Below, in pieces: positions 26,601-36,663 of a stretch of DNA of 43,540 nt. The position numbers and the translations under genes are program-made. This DNA comes from Opitutales bacterium (GTDB lineage Bacteria; Verrucomicrobiota; Verrucomicrobiia; Opitutales; Oceanipulchritudinaceae). Each line of letters starts with the position of its first letter. Within the stretch, counting starts at the first letter, position 1. Below the pieces are notes generated by a model. The model did not search any database. It saw nothing but the letters and a program-made list of their open reading frames with translations, and was not told the DNA's origin. The stretch lies in the NCBI GenBank assembly GCA_007123395.1, contig SKLD01000077.1, positions 1 to 43,540 on the forward strand, in the 5' to 3' direction.

Positions 26601-29224
26601 GGGCGTGAGCGGAACCGCTGTGTCTCCAACGGCATCCGGAACGAGCCGTTGAGGAGGGTGATCGCGACCACTCCGCGTCGGTAGCCGAAAAATCCATACA
26701 CATTGTCATCGATAAACGCGCCATCGGCGGGATCGAGGGGCAGATAGACGTAGGTGCCCGCGACGGGGTCCCGCGCGTCGATGCCCGAGCGGATGTTGAA
26801 CTGGGTCGTGCGCCCGACCAAGCGGGACATTTCGCGCCGCAGGACGGTGGCATCGACGGAAGAATCGACCGGGCTCTCGGCGGCGAGTTTGGACAAGGTG
26901 AGGACCGTTCTCGCCTGCACGGAAACATTCTCGAAACGCACGCTTTCCAGCGTGTCCGCGGGAGTGTCGAGGAGAGGCGTGCGGTCGTTTTTGCCGCCCA
27001 TGGGCAAAAGAAGCACATCCCCGTAGAGCCAGAAGTCATCGTACAGAGGCATCGGCCTTGTGGGGATGAGGGCGAGGTTGGCCCGGTCGTCCGTGGAGAT
27101 AAACGTGAAATCCTCATCCCATCCGGCATGGGTGGCGGCATAGGCCGCCACCTCCCGAAGGCGCGGGTCGACACGACGCAGGAACGGATCTCCGCGACCG
27201 CCGCGGAGGCGGTCGGACGAGCCGAAAGTGGTGCCGATGGTGTGGCTGCCGTCGAGAACATCGAGCTGCCAACCCATCGCGAGACGGCCCGAGCCGTGGC
27301 CGCGGAGACGCGCCAGCAGCGCTTCGGCGATCTCCAGATTATTCTCATGGTTCTCGCGTGTGAGCCGCTCTTCCGCCAGCTCGCGCTCAAAGACCGCACG
27401 CAGGGACTCACGGTCAAGACCATACCCGCGCAGGCGCTCGCGCTTCTCCGGATCGTCGAGAATATCGGCGAAGGCACGGAGCCGTTCCCGCCCGGAGACC
27501 CGTAGATCGAGGCTGCGCATGCGCACGTCGACGATGAAATTGAGTTCCGCCTCGATCGCCCGCCGCCGTTCCAGAGCGGCCTTGCGCTCCTCCTCCGAAA
27601 CCGCGCGGTTGAAGGCGAGCACCTCCGGGATGCGGCGTTCCGCAAGGCTGATACGCACCTGCTCAAGCTGGTCCATGAGCCATTCGTCGGCCATCCAATA
27701 AGCCGCGTCCTCGCTCTGTGGCGGCCCCTCGCCCCGTATCCACGGGAGGGCCTCGTTATAGCGCCGCAGGACACCCTCGGCGTCGACCGCCGTCGTGCCG
27801 CCGCTGAGCGTCAGGCCGCCTTGGTGCTCGAGGAAATATTCCGCGAGAAGGCGGCTCCCCTGCCCGCCCAGCGTGTCGCCGTCGATGAAGCCGAAGACAA
27901 TGCCGCGGCGGCGGTTGACAAAGCGGCTCGTGGCAAAGTGCTCCATGAGGGTGAGCGCGGAAGCGAGATTGGCCATGGCCCGGGCTCCGTGGGGCGCGTC
28001 GGGAACGACGGAGGCGCTGTCGATCGGTGCGGTGAAGACCAATGGCACGGCGCGGTTGGGGATGAGGAGCGAGGTTCCGGGTCGCAGCGGCGCGTCGGGA
28101 GGGAGATCGTTCGCCGCGAGGATTTCCGCCGCATCGGTGCCGTAGAGGGAGGAGAAGCGACCGATCAGTTCGCCTTCCCGCACGGTGTGGGCGCCGCGCC
28201 CGCCCGGCAAGAGAAGACGCTGCCCCGCTTCGAGTTCAGGGGACTCCAAATCATTCGCGGCGAGAACATCCTCCGCCGTGAGTCCAAAATCCGAGGCGAT
28301 CAGCTCGAGGAGGGTCGATTCCGTGATCTCAACACGAACTGGATCGGTGGGCGGGAGATACGCGAAAAGACTCTCCACGGGGCGTTCCTCATAGACATTG
28401 CCGCCCTGAATACGGGCGGAGGCGGGGTTGCCGCCATCGAGCATGCGCGCGGCATTTTCACGGCCCGCTTCCACCATGCCCGCGCCCGTTTGCCGGTCGA
28501 TGTAGAACCGCGGATACGGGTTGGGGGTGCTGCTGAAAAGCATACGTGCGTTGCCGTATTGCACAAAATCGTCCTCCACCACGACCACGGCGACCGCGCC
28601 AAGCGAAAAGAGACGCTCCAAACGCCGCCCGCCGGCGAAGTCCATGACAGCCACCGCGCCGTCGAGGTCCAGCCCGCGCAGGTCATCCCAGCGCGCTTGG
28701 CGGACGTAGAGCAAGGGCCCTTCCAAACCCTCCCGCGGCGTGAGCGACGGCATGGGTCCGTTCGGCCAGAGCGGATGGACGTCCCAGCGTCTGCTTTCAA
28801 AGACAACGTGGGCGCGGTCGCGCCGCTCCTCGGCGGAGAGCAAATGATCGAAAGCGACCGGGGCGGCCACGCGGTCACGGAACGAACCGATGTATTCGAG
28901 ACCGTGTTCCTCCAGATCGGCGATGCGCCCGCGCAGGAATTCATGGATGGGCGAGCGCCCGTTTTCGAGGACGGTGCGCGCGCCGATGGCGGGTACGTCG
29001 AGGTCGAGAAGCTCGGCCGTGAGGGCGCGGATCGTTTCGGGCCGGGTGTCCTCCGCGATTTCGTTGAGCGAGGCGGTGGAGAGGGCTTCAAGCACCTCGA
29101 GCTGCTTGACCTGGGACGGGCTGATACGCGCGGCGATCTCCTCGTTGAAGGAGGCATGGGCCGACGAAAGAGCGGACGCCGCCGCGATGAGCAGAATGAA
29201 CGTGTTGCGGAAGCCGGTGTTCAT
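23663..29224 (-). CDS. 1853-aa fusion protein: signal peptide, PA-like domain, two LysM repeats, degenerate M28-like domain, helical region and large ectodomain, three TM helices, complete MacB-like module (TM1, periplasmic domain, FtsX domain), and a 165-aa cytoplasmic tail
   Basis: The ATG at 29224 (MNTGFRNTFILLIAAASALSSAHA) overlaps the upstream TGA by 1 nt. The PA-like segment is LDLDGAVAVMDFAGGRRLERLFSLGAVAVVVVEDD. The LysM repeats lie at nt 28058-28330. The M28-like segment is GIVFGFIDGDTLGGQGS. MacB TM1 is LRKRMFRTVLTVLTVTALTFSIIAFVAV (module nt 23666-25510). The FtsX domain is VVLPIILCILIVMNTMLGTVEERRGEVGMLGAIGLSPRQIAFLMFSES...LIPAKQAA (nt ~24176-24535). Confidence 0.9.
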   Translation of the reverse strand: MNTGFRNTFILLIAAASALSSAHASFNEEIAARISPSQVKQLEVLEALSTASLNEIAEDTRPETIRALTAELLDLDVPAIGARTVLENGRSPIHEFLRGRIADLEEHGLEYIGSFRDRVAAPVAFDHLLSAEERRDRAHVVFESRRWDVHPLWPNGPMPSLTPREGLEGPLLYVRQARWDDLRGLDLDGAVAVMDFAGGRRLERLFSLGAVAVVVVEDDFVQYGNARMLFSSTPNPYPRFYIDRQTGAGMVEAGRENAARMLDGGNPASARIQGGNVYEERPVESLFAYLPPTDPVRVEITESTLLELIASDFGLTAEDVLAANDLESPELEAGQRLLLPGGRGAHTVREGELIGRFSSLYGTDAAEILAANDLPPDAPLRPGTSLLIPNRAVPLVFTAPIDSASVVPDAPHGARAMANLASALTLMEHFATSRFVNRRRGIVFGFIDGDTLGGQGSRLLAEYFLEHQGGLTLSGGTTAVDAEGVLRRYNEALPWIRGEGPPQSEDAAYWMADEWLMDQLEQVRISLAERRIPEVLAFNRAVSEEERKAALERRRAIEAELNFIVDVRMRSLDLRVSGRERLRAFADILDDPEKRERLRGYGLDRESLRAVFERELAEERLTRENHENNLEIAEALLARLRGHGSGRLAMGWQLDVLDGSHTIGTTFGSSDRLRGGRGDPFLRRVDPRLREVAAYAATHAGWDEDFTFISTDDRANLALIPTRPMPLYDDFWLYGDVLLLPMGGKNDRTPLLDTPADTLESVRFENVSVQARTVLTLSKLAAESPVDSSVDATVLRREMSRLVGRTTQFNIRSGIDARDPVAGTYVYLPLDPADGAFIDDNVYGFFGYRRGVVAITLLNGSFRMPLETQRFRSRPVVFAYWLDREEGLFRKVMTQGQVGTQPQTNDFQYRRSAELERNLVLIDTYPKVIFPGTDPHSYDSIGGAARGPSRVELIDAVIDGEPRDFAVDNPLADFREPDVEGITIHMPLDSRFRAVVRRGAHHRMLLVGEVETDGVTQSRGAGISVGPGPDGDRNIYLALTPLHIAEQMAALAGQRLDLYRAFGISSRVLDAAVERSRDKLAEAHAAKAERDWMGVVGSSREAWGILVKNYPRVLQLGREAVFSVILLMAFLVPAAWFFQSLFTKSKGIVSKLGWTAGIFTAGTLFLNYFHPAFRIALSPFIVVIAFTMILMSLIVIGICYQRFEVLLRRFRSASGEVESEEISFFSSLSTAFSLGVSNLRKRMFRTVLTVLTVTALTFSIIAFVAVTGEDTVSRASVALDTFVDGEHVEPLPPAYEGVLFRSFQWVEFPVGAVNALETEFGDTLGITVRAHYLEVEGGNNAAREGVNQIPVHHAETTHILTGIMVFQPNEPEFSRLHEAVTGGQWFLPERFDEEGTLVPPERFSVILPDVAARTLSIQADDLLDDAGNRRSEAELPKVRMSGHEWSVIGILNTEKANRIRDINGRSLAMVDYLRSGMHPAVSGELEQEGDSFHMNWTRLAIVPHAARNDVGAKIRAVALRFTEGVDQEQFFHDIALRLNRPFFAHSDGAVSFVVPRQTFDMAGVAKVVLPIILCILIVMNTMLGTVEERRGEVGMLGAIGLSPRQIAFLMFSESTVFSILGIVLGTFGGLLFANIVQGLNAADIAFLSGLSFNFTSMLSMLLAAGTGLVVLMATLIPAKQAAALAAPSGMAAWELPPPGDDGAIRFDLPFTLTRGNAVGMAAFFRQFLLNHTEPTSEDFNCREVSLDQTEEEGQPALVVETSMWLSPYDLDVAQRFRMRMYPGDAEGVYAVRLVLTRFSGSEDNWQRTSYNFLNLVRQQFLFWRNLSPAARTEYIKQGAALLSGETTEEKQTA

Positions 29225-32122
29225 CAGTAGAGAGCGGGTATGTAGGGGACGTATTCGAGGAAGGTTCTGGCGAAGGCACCGGGATTGTCCACATGGCGGG
29301 CGTAAATGCCGCAGACCAAGTGGATCACGTTCCATGTGAAAATACAGACGACCGAGCCGACAACGAGACCGACGAAAAACGGCTTGGCACGCTTGTAGGA
29401 AGTCATGCCGCCGTATTTGACGATCAGTTTTTTAAGGAGCCACGCGACAAGCGCGCCGCCCCAGAGTGTCGAGCCTTGCACGATCCGTTCTTCACCGGTG
29501 CCTATGTAGGGAGACACCCATGCGTAGTGAATGCTCAAAAGGAGCAGCAAGTAGCCGACGGGATGCAGCGGAAAGCGGAGGAATTTTTGGCGAAGGTAAA
29601 GCAGCAGGCCGATGACGGCGGCCCCCACGCCGATGGCACCGATGCGCAACCAGTTGGGTGAATCAAATTGGTCGAGCCCGGGTTCGCCGAGAAAGTGGGA
29701 AACCCAGAGGGGATAGGTGGCGAGCTGCTGGCCTCCCGGTTGACCGGCGTGGGGCGGCAGCGCCTCTCCGCCGAAGAAGTCATGGCCGATGTAAAAAGTA
29801 AAGAGAAGGTAGCTCAGAAGGCCGACGCCGACCGCCGTTGCGAAGGAGAAGGCGCCGCTCACCGCGACCGTGCGGAAGGAGATGCGGTAACGCCGCGCCA
29901 GCTCCATGTTCTCCAGTTGCTGCGGCAGCGTGCGGAAGAGCAGCGTCATGGGCAGGAAAACAATGTTCACAAAGGCCGCGTAATTCTTTGCTCCGGACAT
30001 GCCGGTGAGACCGAGGACGATGGGCAGTTTGGTGTTTTCGTAAAAAACGTGCGTGGTGGGAAGCCCGGTCTCAGCGCGCACGCGCGCGGCCGCGACGGTC
30101 ACCGCGAGCAGAGCGATGCTGAAAGCGCTGAGGAGCGCGATACTGCGCACGCCGAGGCTCCAGAGCAGGGCGAGAATCACCGCCGGCGCGATGATGAGAC
30201 CCCAGCGGGTGAGGGCGGGCGGGAGGTAGGCCTCCGCTTTTTCGGCGGACGTTTTGGGAACGGTCGCGTTTTGGCGGCTCTTCCAAATCATGAAGACCGC
30301 GAAAACAAGGCAGGCCCCGAGCATCTGCTCCATCGGCCACGGATAAAAGCGCCCGTCGCCGAAACCCGTCCAGCCGCTGTCCTGCAGATTCGGGAACATC
30401 AGGCGGAAGACCCAACTAATCCCGATGTAGAGCAGAAACGTTGCCCAAATGGCGAAGCCGACCTCAAGACTGAGGAGAAAGACGAGCCCGACGACAATGG
30501 GCGAGAGCACGAAAACCATCGTCGGCACCTCGCGCAACGCCCCACCCGCCTGCGCGAAGATTTCGTCGTTGAAGTGAAAATAAAAGGAAGCGTCGGCGGC
30601 GAGAAACCCGTAATGTCCCAAAGCCTCGAAAAAGAGCATCAGAAAACCAACGGCGAAACCCATCATGGCGAGCGGATAGAAGGCGCGGCTGCGCCGTTCG
30701 GGATTGGTTCCATCGCCTCCGAGTTCGAGGCGGTAGTCGTGCCGGATAATGTTGTCGGCGATTTCGACGAGCGGAAAGGCGAGATTTTCCCGGCTCACCC
30801 ACTTGCGGCGGAAGAACTCCGCGAGGCACATGAGAAAGAAATAGAAGGCAAAGAAGAGCACCGTCCACGAGAGGAACGGACGCACATACAGAGCCCATGG
30901 AATGCCGTCCACAAGGGTGGCGAAATTCTCCCGCCAGCCCGCGCGTTCCCGCGCGTCGCGCGCTTGCGAATCGGCCCAGAGGCTGTGCTCAAGGGCCCAC
31001 AGGTTTTGGTTCGGTCCCACTTCCCCGTCCTGCCGCACGAGCGCGCGGCGCTCCTCGCGCGAGAGGCGGAAGGAAAAGCTGTTGCGTTCGGCGTCGAACT
31101 CACCCCGCGACAGCTCCTCCATCCGCGAGGTTTCCCTCAAGCGGACACGGTCGCGCAATTCGTCGCGGTCGGAGAAGGCCAGCGCCGCGACACGGGCGCG
31201 GACCTCCGCCTCGCGCTCCTCCAAGCGGGCGACAACCGCCTCCTTCGCTTCGCGTCGGGCGGGATCGAGGCGCCCCGTCTCCTCCATCAGGCGCTCGCGG
31301 GCGCTGAAGTCCATCGCCTCCACATTGGACGGCAACAGACTGGCGTGCCATTCGTTGATTCCTTCGAGATCGTCCCGCAGGGCCTCCATGGCGCGGCGGC
31401 TCGCCTCGGCGGTGGCTGTGGAATGCTCCCGCAACAACTCGAGAAGTCCCAATTCCGCGAGGATCTCGTCCATGCCGAGGCCGCGGATCTCCTGCGCGCC
31501 GTCGAAGCTCAGCTCACCCACCCGCTCGCGCAGAGCGACGAGTTCTTCGTCCGACGGATCCGTGCGCGCCCGTTGCAGGAGATCCCGCCGCATCAACTCG
31601 TCCGTGAGCACGAGGGCGAGGGTGCGCCGGGCGTCGCGCTGCCGACGGGCCTCGGCATCGTCCTCAAGGAAGCGGAGAAGGCGGTCCGCCCGGTTCCACG
31701 CGAGCCCCTCAAACGTCGGCACTTTGGGAAACCAACGATCATCGAGGACATCGTAGGCCGTGCGGTAGGTTGAGGTGCCCTCGATCATATACTCCCGCAT
31801 GACGGCGTGCGTCGCGTTGAAAAACGGGCGCATGAGCCCCAAATTCATCACCGGCACGGCGATCGCGAGCATCGTGTAGAGGAGCGCCAGTTCGGCGCGG
31901 CTCCACAAATCGCGCTTCGCGAGGGTGCGCACGGCGAGCCCCGCGAGAGCGAGACTGAAAACAATCCCCACGACCCAGCCCGCCGGGGTCGTCGTTTCCA
32001 TCGCGGAGTTGATGGTGAGAATCGTGAGGAATTGTGCCAGCGGCGTGATCACCGCAATCAACAGCAGTCCGGAGACCACCGTCAAAACGGGCCGAATTCC
32101 CTCGCGGGGGGCGGGCGCGCCC

Positions 32123-32847
<725 letters not shown>

Positions 32848-32851
<4 letters not shown>

Positions 32852-33642
32852 GCCTTGTTCTCCTCCTCGAACTCATCGATCTTGATGTCCACCTCGTCGC
32901 GGCGCGCCAGCTTCTTCACCCGCCCGTCCTCCATCCACATGATGCGGTCGGATATATCGAGCATCTTGTGGTCGTGCGTGGAGCAAATGACCGTCACGCC
33001 TTCCTCGCGGTTCATCTCTTTCATGAGTGCGATGATCTCCTCGCCGGTATGCAAATCGAGGTTGGCCGTGGGCTCGTCGGCGAGGATAATGGCCGGTTTG
33101 TTGGCGAAGGCGCGGGCGATGGCCACGCGCTGTTGCTGCCCGCCGGAAAGCTCCTTGGGCGTGTGCAGAAAGCGATCGCCAAGCCCGACACGCGTGAGGA
33201 TTTCGACAGCGCGGTTTTGCGCCTCGTCCTGCGGCACGCCCGCGAAAAGCATGGGCAGCATGACGTTTTCGAGCGCCGTCATGACCTTCACGATGTTGTA
33301 GCTTTGGAAAATATAGCCGATCTTACGGCAGCGCAGCCATGCGAGTTCGCCCGCGTCGAGCTGCGCGATATCGATTTCATCGATGTAGACGCTCCCCGCG
33401 GAAGGTTTCATGAGACCGCCCACGACATTGAAAAAGGTCGTCTTCCCAGAACCCGAAGGCCCCATGATGGAGATATATTCGCCCGTGAAAATCTGCGCGT
33501 CCACCCCTTGGAGGGCATGGATTTTTTCGCTTCCCATTTCATAGACGACTTCGACCCCCCGCGCCATGACGGTGCAATCGACCGCCTGCGAAAGATCGGC
33601 CATCCAGTAATCGGCCTTTGTTTTGGCTGCTGCTTCCGGCAT
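32848..33642 (-). CDS. ABC transporter ATP-binding protein, MacB/LolD/FtsE-type (NBD 1)
   Basis: The motifs are Walker A GPSGSGKTT, IGYIFQSYNI, LSGGQQQRVAIARA, ILADEPTANLD and STHD. It has an extra ~25-aa N-terminal extension and an acidic C-tail (DEFEEENKA). GGAG lies 5 nt upstream of the ATG. Confidence 0.95.
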
Positions 33643-33651
33643 CGCTTCTCC

Positions 33652-34239
33652 TTATTTTTCCCCCCGCATGGCTTCTACCGGCGGCATCCGTGCGGCCACC
33701 GCTGCCGGAAAAGCCGCTCCGAGCGTCGTCAACCCGAGGCCGACGAGGGCCGCCACGATCACTTTCCACCAAAGACCCGTCCAATAGGCCGCCGCAAAGA
33801 CCCCGGCGCCCGCTTCGAGCAGGCCGACAAGAGTGGAAAGGACGAGGCCGCCGATGATGCCAAAAACCGCACCCGTAAGTCCGAGAAGGGCCGATTCCAA
33901 CATCACACTGAGCATGACGAACGAATCCAACGCGCCGAGGCACTTGATCGTGCCGATCTCGCGGTAGCGCTGCGTCACGGACATCAGCATGGTGTTGAGC
34001 ACGCCCGCCACGCTCACCAGCAAACTCAAGGTGATCATGAGCCCCCACATCTGCCGCTCCGCCGGATCATCCGATATCGGCGCCGTGAGCAGGAAGAGAA
34101 GAAAGGCGCAACACGCCGCGACCGTCAAAAGCGTCAACAATGTCCGGCCCATGCGTAACTTCAGGCTGCTCAAAGCCATAGACCAAACAAGCTCCGGCTT
34201 AAGGCGTAGTCGCTTTATTTCCCATAGATTTCGGGACAT
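33652..34239 (-). CDS. Minimal FtsX-family permease (195 aa, 4 TM, essentially no periplasmic domain)
   Basis: TM1 is LRMGRTLLTLLTVAACCAFLLFLL. After only about 15 aa comes the FtsX domain: MWGLMITLSLLVSVAGVLNTMLMSVTQRYREIGTIKCLGALDSFVMLSVMLESALLGLTGAVFGIIGG...FPAAVAARMPPVEAM. Confidence 0.85.
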   Translation of the reverse strand: MSRNLWEIKRLRLKPELVWSMALSSLKLRMGRTLLTLLTVAACCAFLLFLLTAPISDDPAERQMWGLMITLSLLVSVAGVLNTMLMSVTQRYREIGTIKCLGALDSFVMLSVMLESALLGLTGAVFGIIGGLVLSTLVGLLEAGAGVFAAAYWTGLWWKVIVAALVGLGLTTLGAAFPAAVAARMPPVEAMRGEK

Positions 34240-34490
34240 GTGGGTTCTTAATCAGGTGTTCAGGGGGCGATTGTGCGCAGAAAACATCGATAGAAACAGA
34301 GTATGCACGAGGTTTGTCAACCAGATACGGCGGCCTCAGGACTGCGACGCAAAATGTCCTAACAATGGCGGTATTAGGCCTGTAAACAAAGGGCTGGGAA
34401 GGCTACACTCGCCTCGACAAGCCATAAATCCCCGCTTGACACGGCGCCCTCACGCTGCCGTCTCAACCCCGATCCCGTGACCACCTCCAA
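34240..34490. promoter_or_regulatory. Divergent intergenic control region between the ABC/FtsX cluster and the 712-aa secreted-protein operon
   Basis: This is a 251-bp gap, AT-richer than the flanks. TTGACA hexamers are present on both strands (about 34434 on plus, about 34311-34320 on minus), but I could not pair either with a convincing -10 box. Confidence 0.3.
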
Positions 34491-36629
34491 ATGAACTGCC
34501 ATTCCCGCAGCCTTCGCGGCGTCGGCACCGCCCTCCTTGTGGGTGCTGCCCTCGCTGCCTTCTTGCCCGTGAATACCGAAGCCATGCAACGCCGCGCCCC
34601 CGAACCCGACCCGGAACATGCCGTGCCCGCCGAACCGCCGGAGCCGCCCTCGTTTGTCGCCGCGCCCGGCCCGGAAATGGCGCACGAATGGGAGGCCGGG
34701 TTCGCCGAGCGCCGCCGCCTTCTCATTGAACAGATCGCGGAGAACTACCGCCCCACCGACTGGCACGACCGCGGGAAATACAGTTTTCCCAAAGCGCTCG
34801 CACGCTTTTACCTGCACGGCACGGAGGACGGGGAGGGCAACGCTTACATTGCGGAATACGCCGAGGAGAGCGGGCGCGGGTATCGTTTCTTCCACTTTCC
34901 CTTCGTCGGCATGTCGCGGCTCATGAAGGAGTTCCCCGAGGCGCCCGCCCTCGTGGAGCACCGCGACGAGTTCCTCGGGCGTATCCTCACCGACACCAGC
35001 CACTACAACGCGCTCACCGCCGAGGGCACCGAGAACCACGTCGGCATGTCGCGCACGAGCGGCTACCTCTTCGCTACAGAGGCCCGCGAAATCCCCGGCC
35101 TTGCCGCCACCGCTGAAGACTGGGAGGCCCGCATTAAGGCGTGGGCGCTCGACTGGGCGCGCAAGATCTACCATGTCGGCACGGGCGAGTGGGATTCCAG
35201 CGTCTACACGACCTACAACCTCATCGGCTGGATAAACCTCCACGACCATGCCCATGACGCTGAACTGCGGGCGACGGCGCGGGCTGTCCTCGACTTCTAC
35301 GCTGCCGCCATCGCGCTGAAATACACGCAGCGCGTCTACGGCGGCCCCGAATCGCGCGGCACGACCGACTACACACGGCGCTCCTCGGCCACGGAATACC
35401 TCGGCTGGCTCTGGTTCGGGCAGGCGGCGGAGGCGGACGAGCCGGAGTTCTGGCGGACTTCGGAGTACATTCAGTCGATCTACGCCGCCCTTTCCGACTA
35501 CCGCCCGCCCGCTGCCGCCGTCGCTCTCGCACGCAAGGAGTTCCCCCGCCCCGCGACCTACGTCAATACCAAGCCGAGCTACCTCCTCACCCGCCCGGCG
35601 GAATCAGTTGAGGTCTTCCACATCGGCGCGACCTACACCCTTGGCAGTGTCTTCACCCCCTACGGCGGTTGGGCGAACAGCTCCTACGGCACCGTCAATT
35701 GGAAAATGGTCCTCGAAAACCCCGGCGGTGCCCCCGGCATCGTCTGGGGCAACGGCGGCATGAAAAGCGACCGCCACGGACGCGGGCGCAACCCCTTCGA
35801 CCAGTTTGCCCAGCACGAGTCCGTCCTCGTGCAGATGACCCGCGTCCCCGAAAACGCCGCCGCCATCCGCGACGAGGTCAACGCCCTCATTGATGAATGG
35901 AAGGTGGCCTTCCGCCGCGACTTCGAGAAACGCTGGGATGACGACACTGACCACAATCCCGTCGGGCGCGGCGGGCAGGGCTCGCTCGACGACGCCCCCC
36001 GTTCCCACATCTTTCTTCCCGCTGATGCCGAAGTCATCGAACGCGACGGCGTGGTCTTCGCCGCCTATGCCGGCACATGGCTCGCCGTGCGGTCGCTTGG
36101 CAATGACCTGCCCCGCAAATCGGACGGACGCCTGAGCGACCACGGCACCCCCGGCAGCCTCGCCGGATTCGTCCTCGAGGCCGGCGACTTTCTCACACAC
36201 GGCCCGTTTTTGGACTTCCAGCGCGCCGTTCTCGACCGCACCGCTCTCGACCGTTCCCGTCTCGCCGACGGGCGCGTCGTCTACACTGACCTCGCGGGCC
36301 GCGAAATCGATGTTCGCTACCAGACTGCCGGGGAATGGGTCGAACCCGACTACGACTGGAATTTCGGCGTCACGGAGCAGCGTGTCATTCTCACCACCGA
36401 CGACTGGATTCAGCCCGACTGGCCCACCGGCGAAGGCCACGGTCGTCTCGCTGCATGGAGCGTCGACGGTGTTCCCGCCGACCACGCCGCGCGCCGCGCC
36501 GTCTACGACGGACCGAACCTTTCCCTCGACGGCGGCGTTCTCCGTCTCCGCGGCCAAGAGGCCACGCACGTCGTCGATTTCAGCGGCACCCTGCCCGCAT
36601 TCCGCAGCGAACCAGCGGACGCTCTGTAG
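34491..36629 (+). CDS. Secreted 712-aa protein of unknown function
   Basis: The signal peptide is MNCHSRSLRGVGTALLVGAALAAFLPVNTEA, followed by a Pro/Glu-rich linker. The composition is protein-like over the full length. I recognise no catalytic motif. Context suggests a glycan-active protein, but this is inference only. Confidence 0.75.
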   Translation: MNCHSRSLRGVGTALLVGAALAAFLPVNTEAMQRRAPEPDPEHAVPAEPPEPPSFVAAPGPEMAHEWEAGFAERRRLLIEQIAENYRPTDWHDRGKYSFPKALARFYLHGTEDGEGNAYIAEYAEESGRGYRFFHFPFVGMSRLMKEFPEAPALVEHRDEFLGRILTDTSHYNALTAEGTENHVGMSRTSGYLFATEAREIPGLAATAEDWEARIKAWALDWARKIYHVGTGEWDSSVYTTYNLIGWINLHDHAHDAELRATARAVLDFYAAAIALKYTQRVYGGPESRGTTDYTRRSSATEYLGWLWFGQAAEADEPEFWRTSEYIQSIYAALSDYRPPAAAVALARKEFPRPATYVNTKPSYLLTRPAESVEVFHIGATYTLGSVFTPYGGWANSSYGTVNWKMVLENPGGAPGIVWGNGGMKSDRHGRGRNPFDQFAQHESVLVQMTRVPENAAAIRDEVNALIDEWKVAFRRDFEKRWDDDTDHNPVGRGGQGSLDDAPRSHIFLPADAEVIERDGVVFAAYAGTWLAVRSLGNDLPRKSDGRLSDHGTPGSLAGFVLEAGDFLTHGPFLDFQRAVLDRTALDRSRLADGRVVYTDLAGREIDVRYQTAGEWVEPDYDWNFGVTEQRVILTTDDWIQPDWPTGEGHGRLAAWSVDGVPADHAARRAVYDGPNLSLDGGVLRLRGQEATHVVDFSGTLPAFRSEPADAL

Positions 36630-36663
36630 CCCACTCCCGATCCCGTTAAAATACATCCGGACA

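Noticed and set aside
29225-29335. N-terminal extension of the giant gene to 29335 (MERDPLGLRHLRPP...)
   Set aside because: It would overlap the 978-aa gene by 112 nt and adds an Arg-rich leader. The ATG at 29224 gives a proper signal peptide and a TGATG junction.
23672-31773. Many plus-strand ORFs (for example 23892..24812, 24590..25459, 25715..26608, 27821..29230, 29668..31773) and the alternative minus frame 26548..27774
   Set aside because: They are antisense to, or out of frame with, the two very long minus-strand genes, whose translations have coherent TM, LysM and FtsX features.
34374-36656. Minus-strand ORFs 34374..35255 and 35604..36656
   Set aside because: They are antisense to the 712-aa secreted-protein gene, and their composition is Gly/Ala/Val/Arg-rich with no motifs.
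36310-36663. Upstream extension of the 519-aa FAD oxidoreductase ORF
   Set aside because: It overlaps the end of the 712-aa gene and is Pro/Ser/Thr-rich. The ATG at 36664 lies 34 nt after the preceding stop and gives a standard N-terminal FAD fold.
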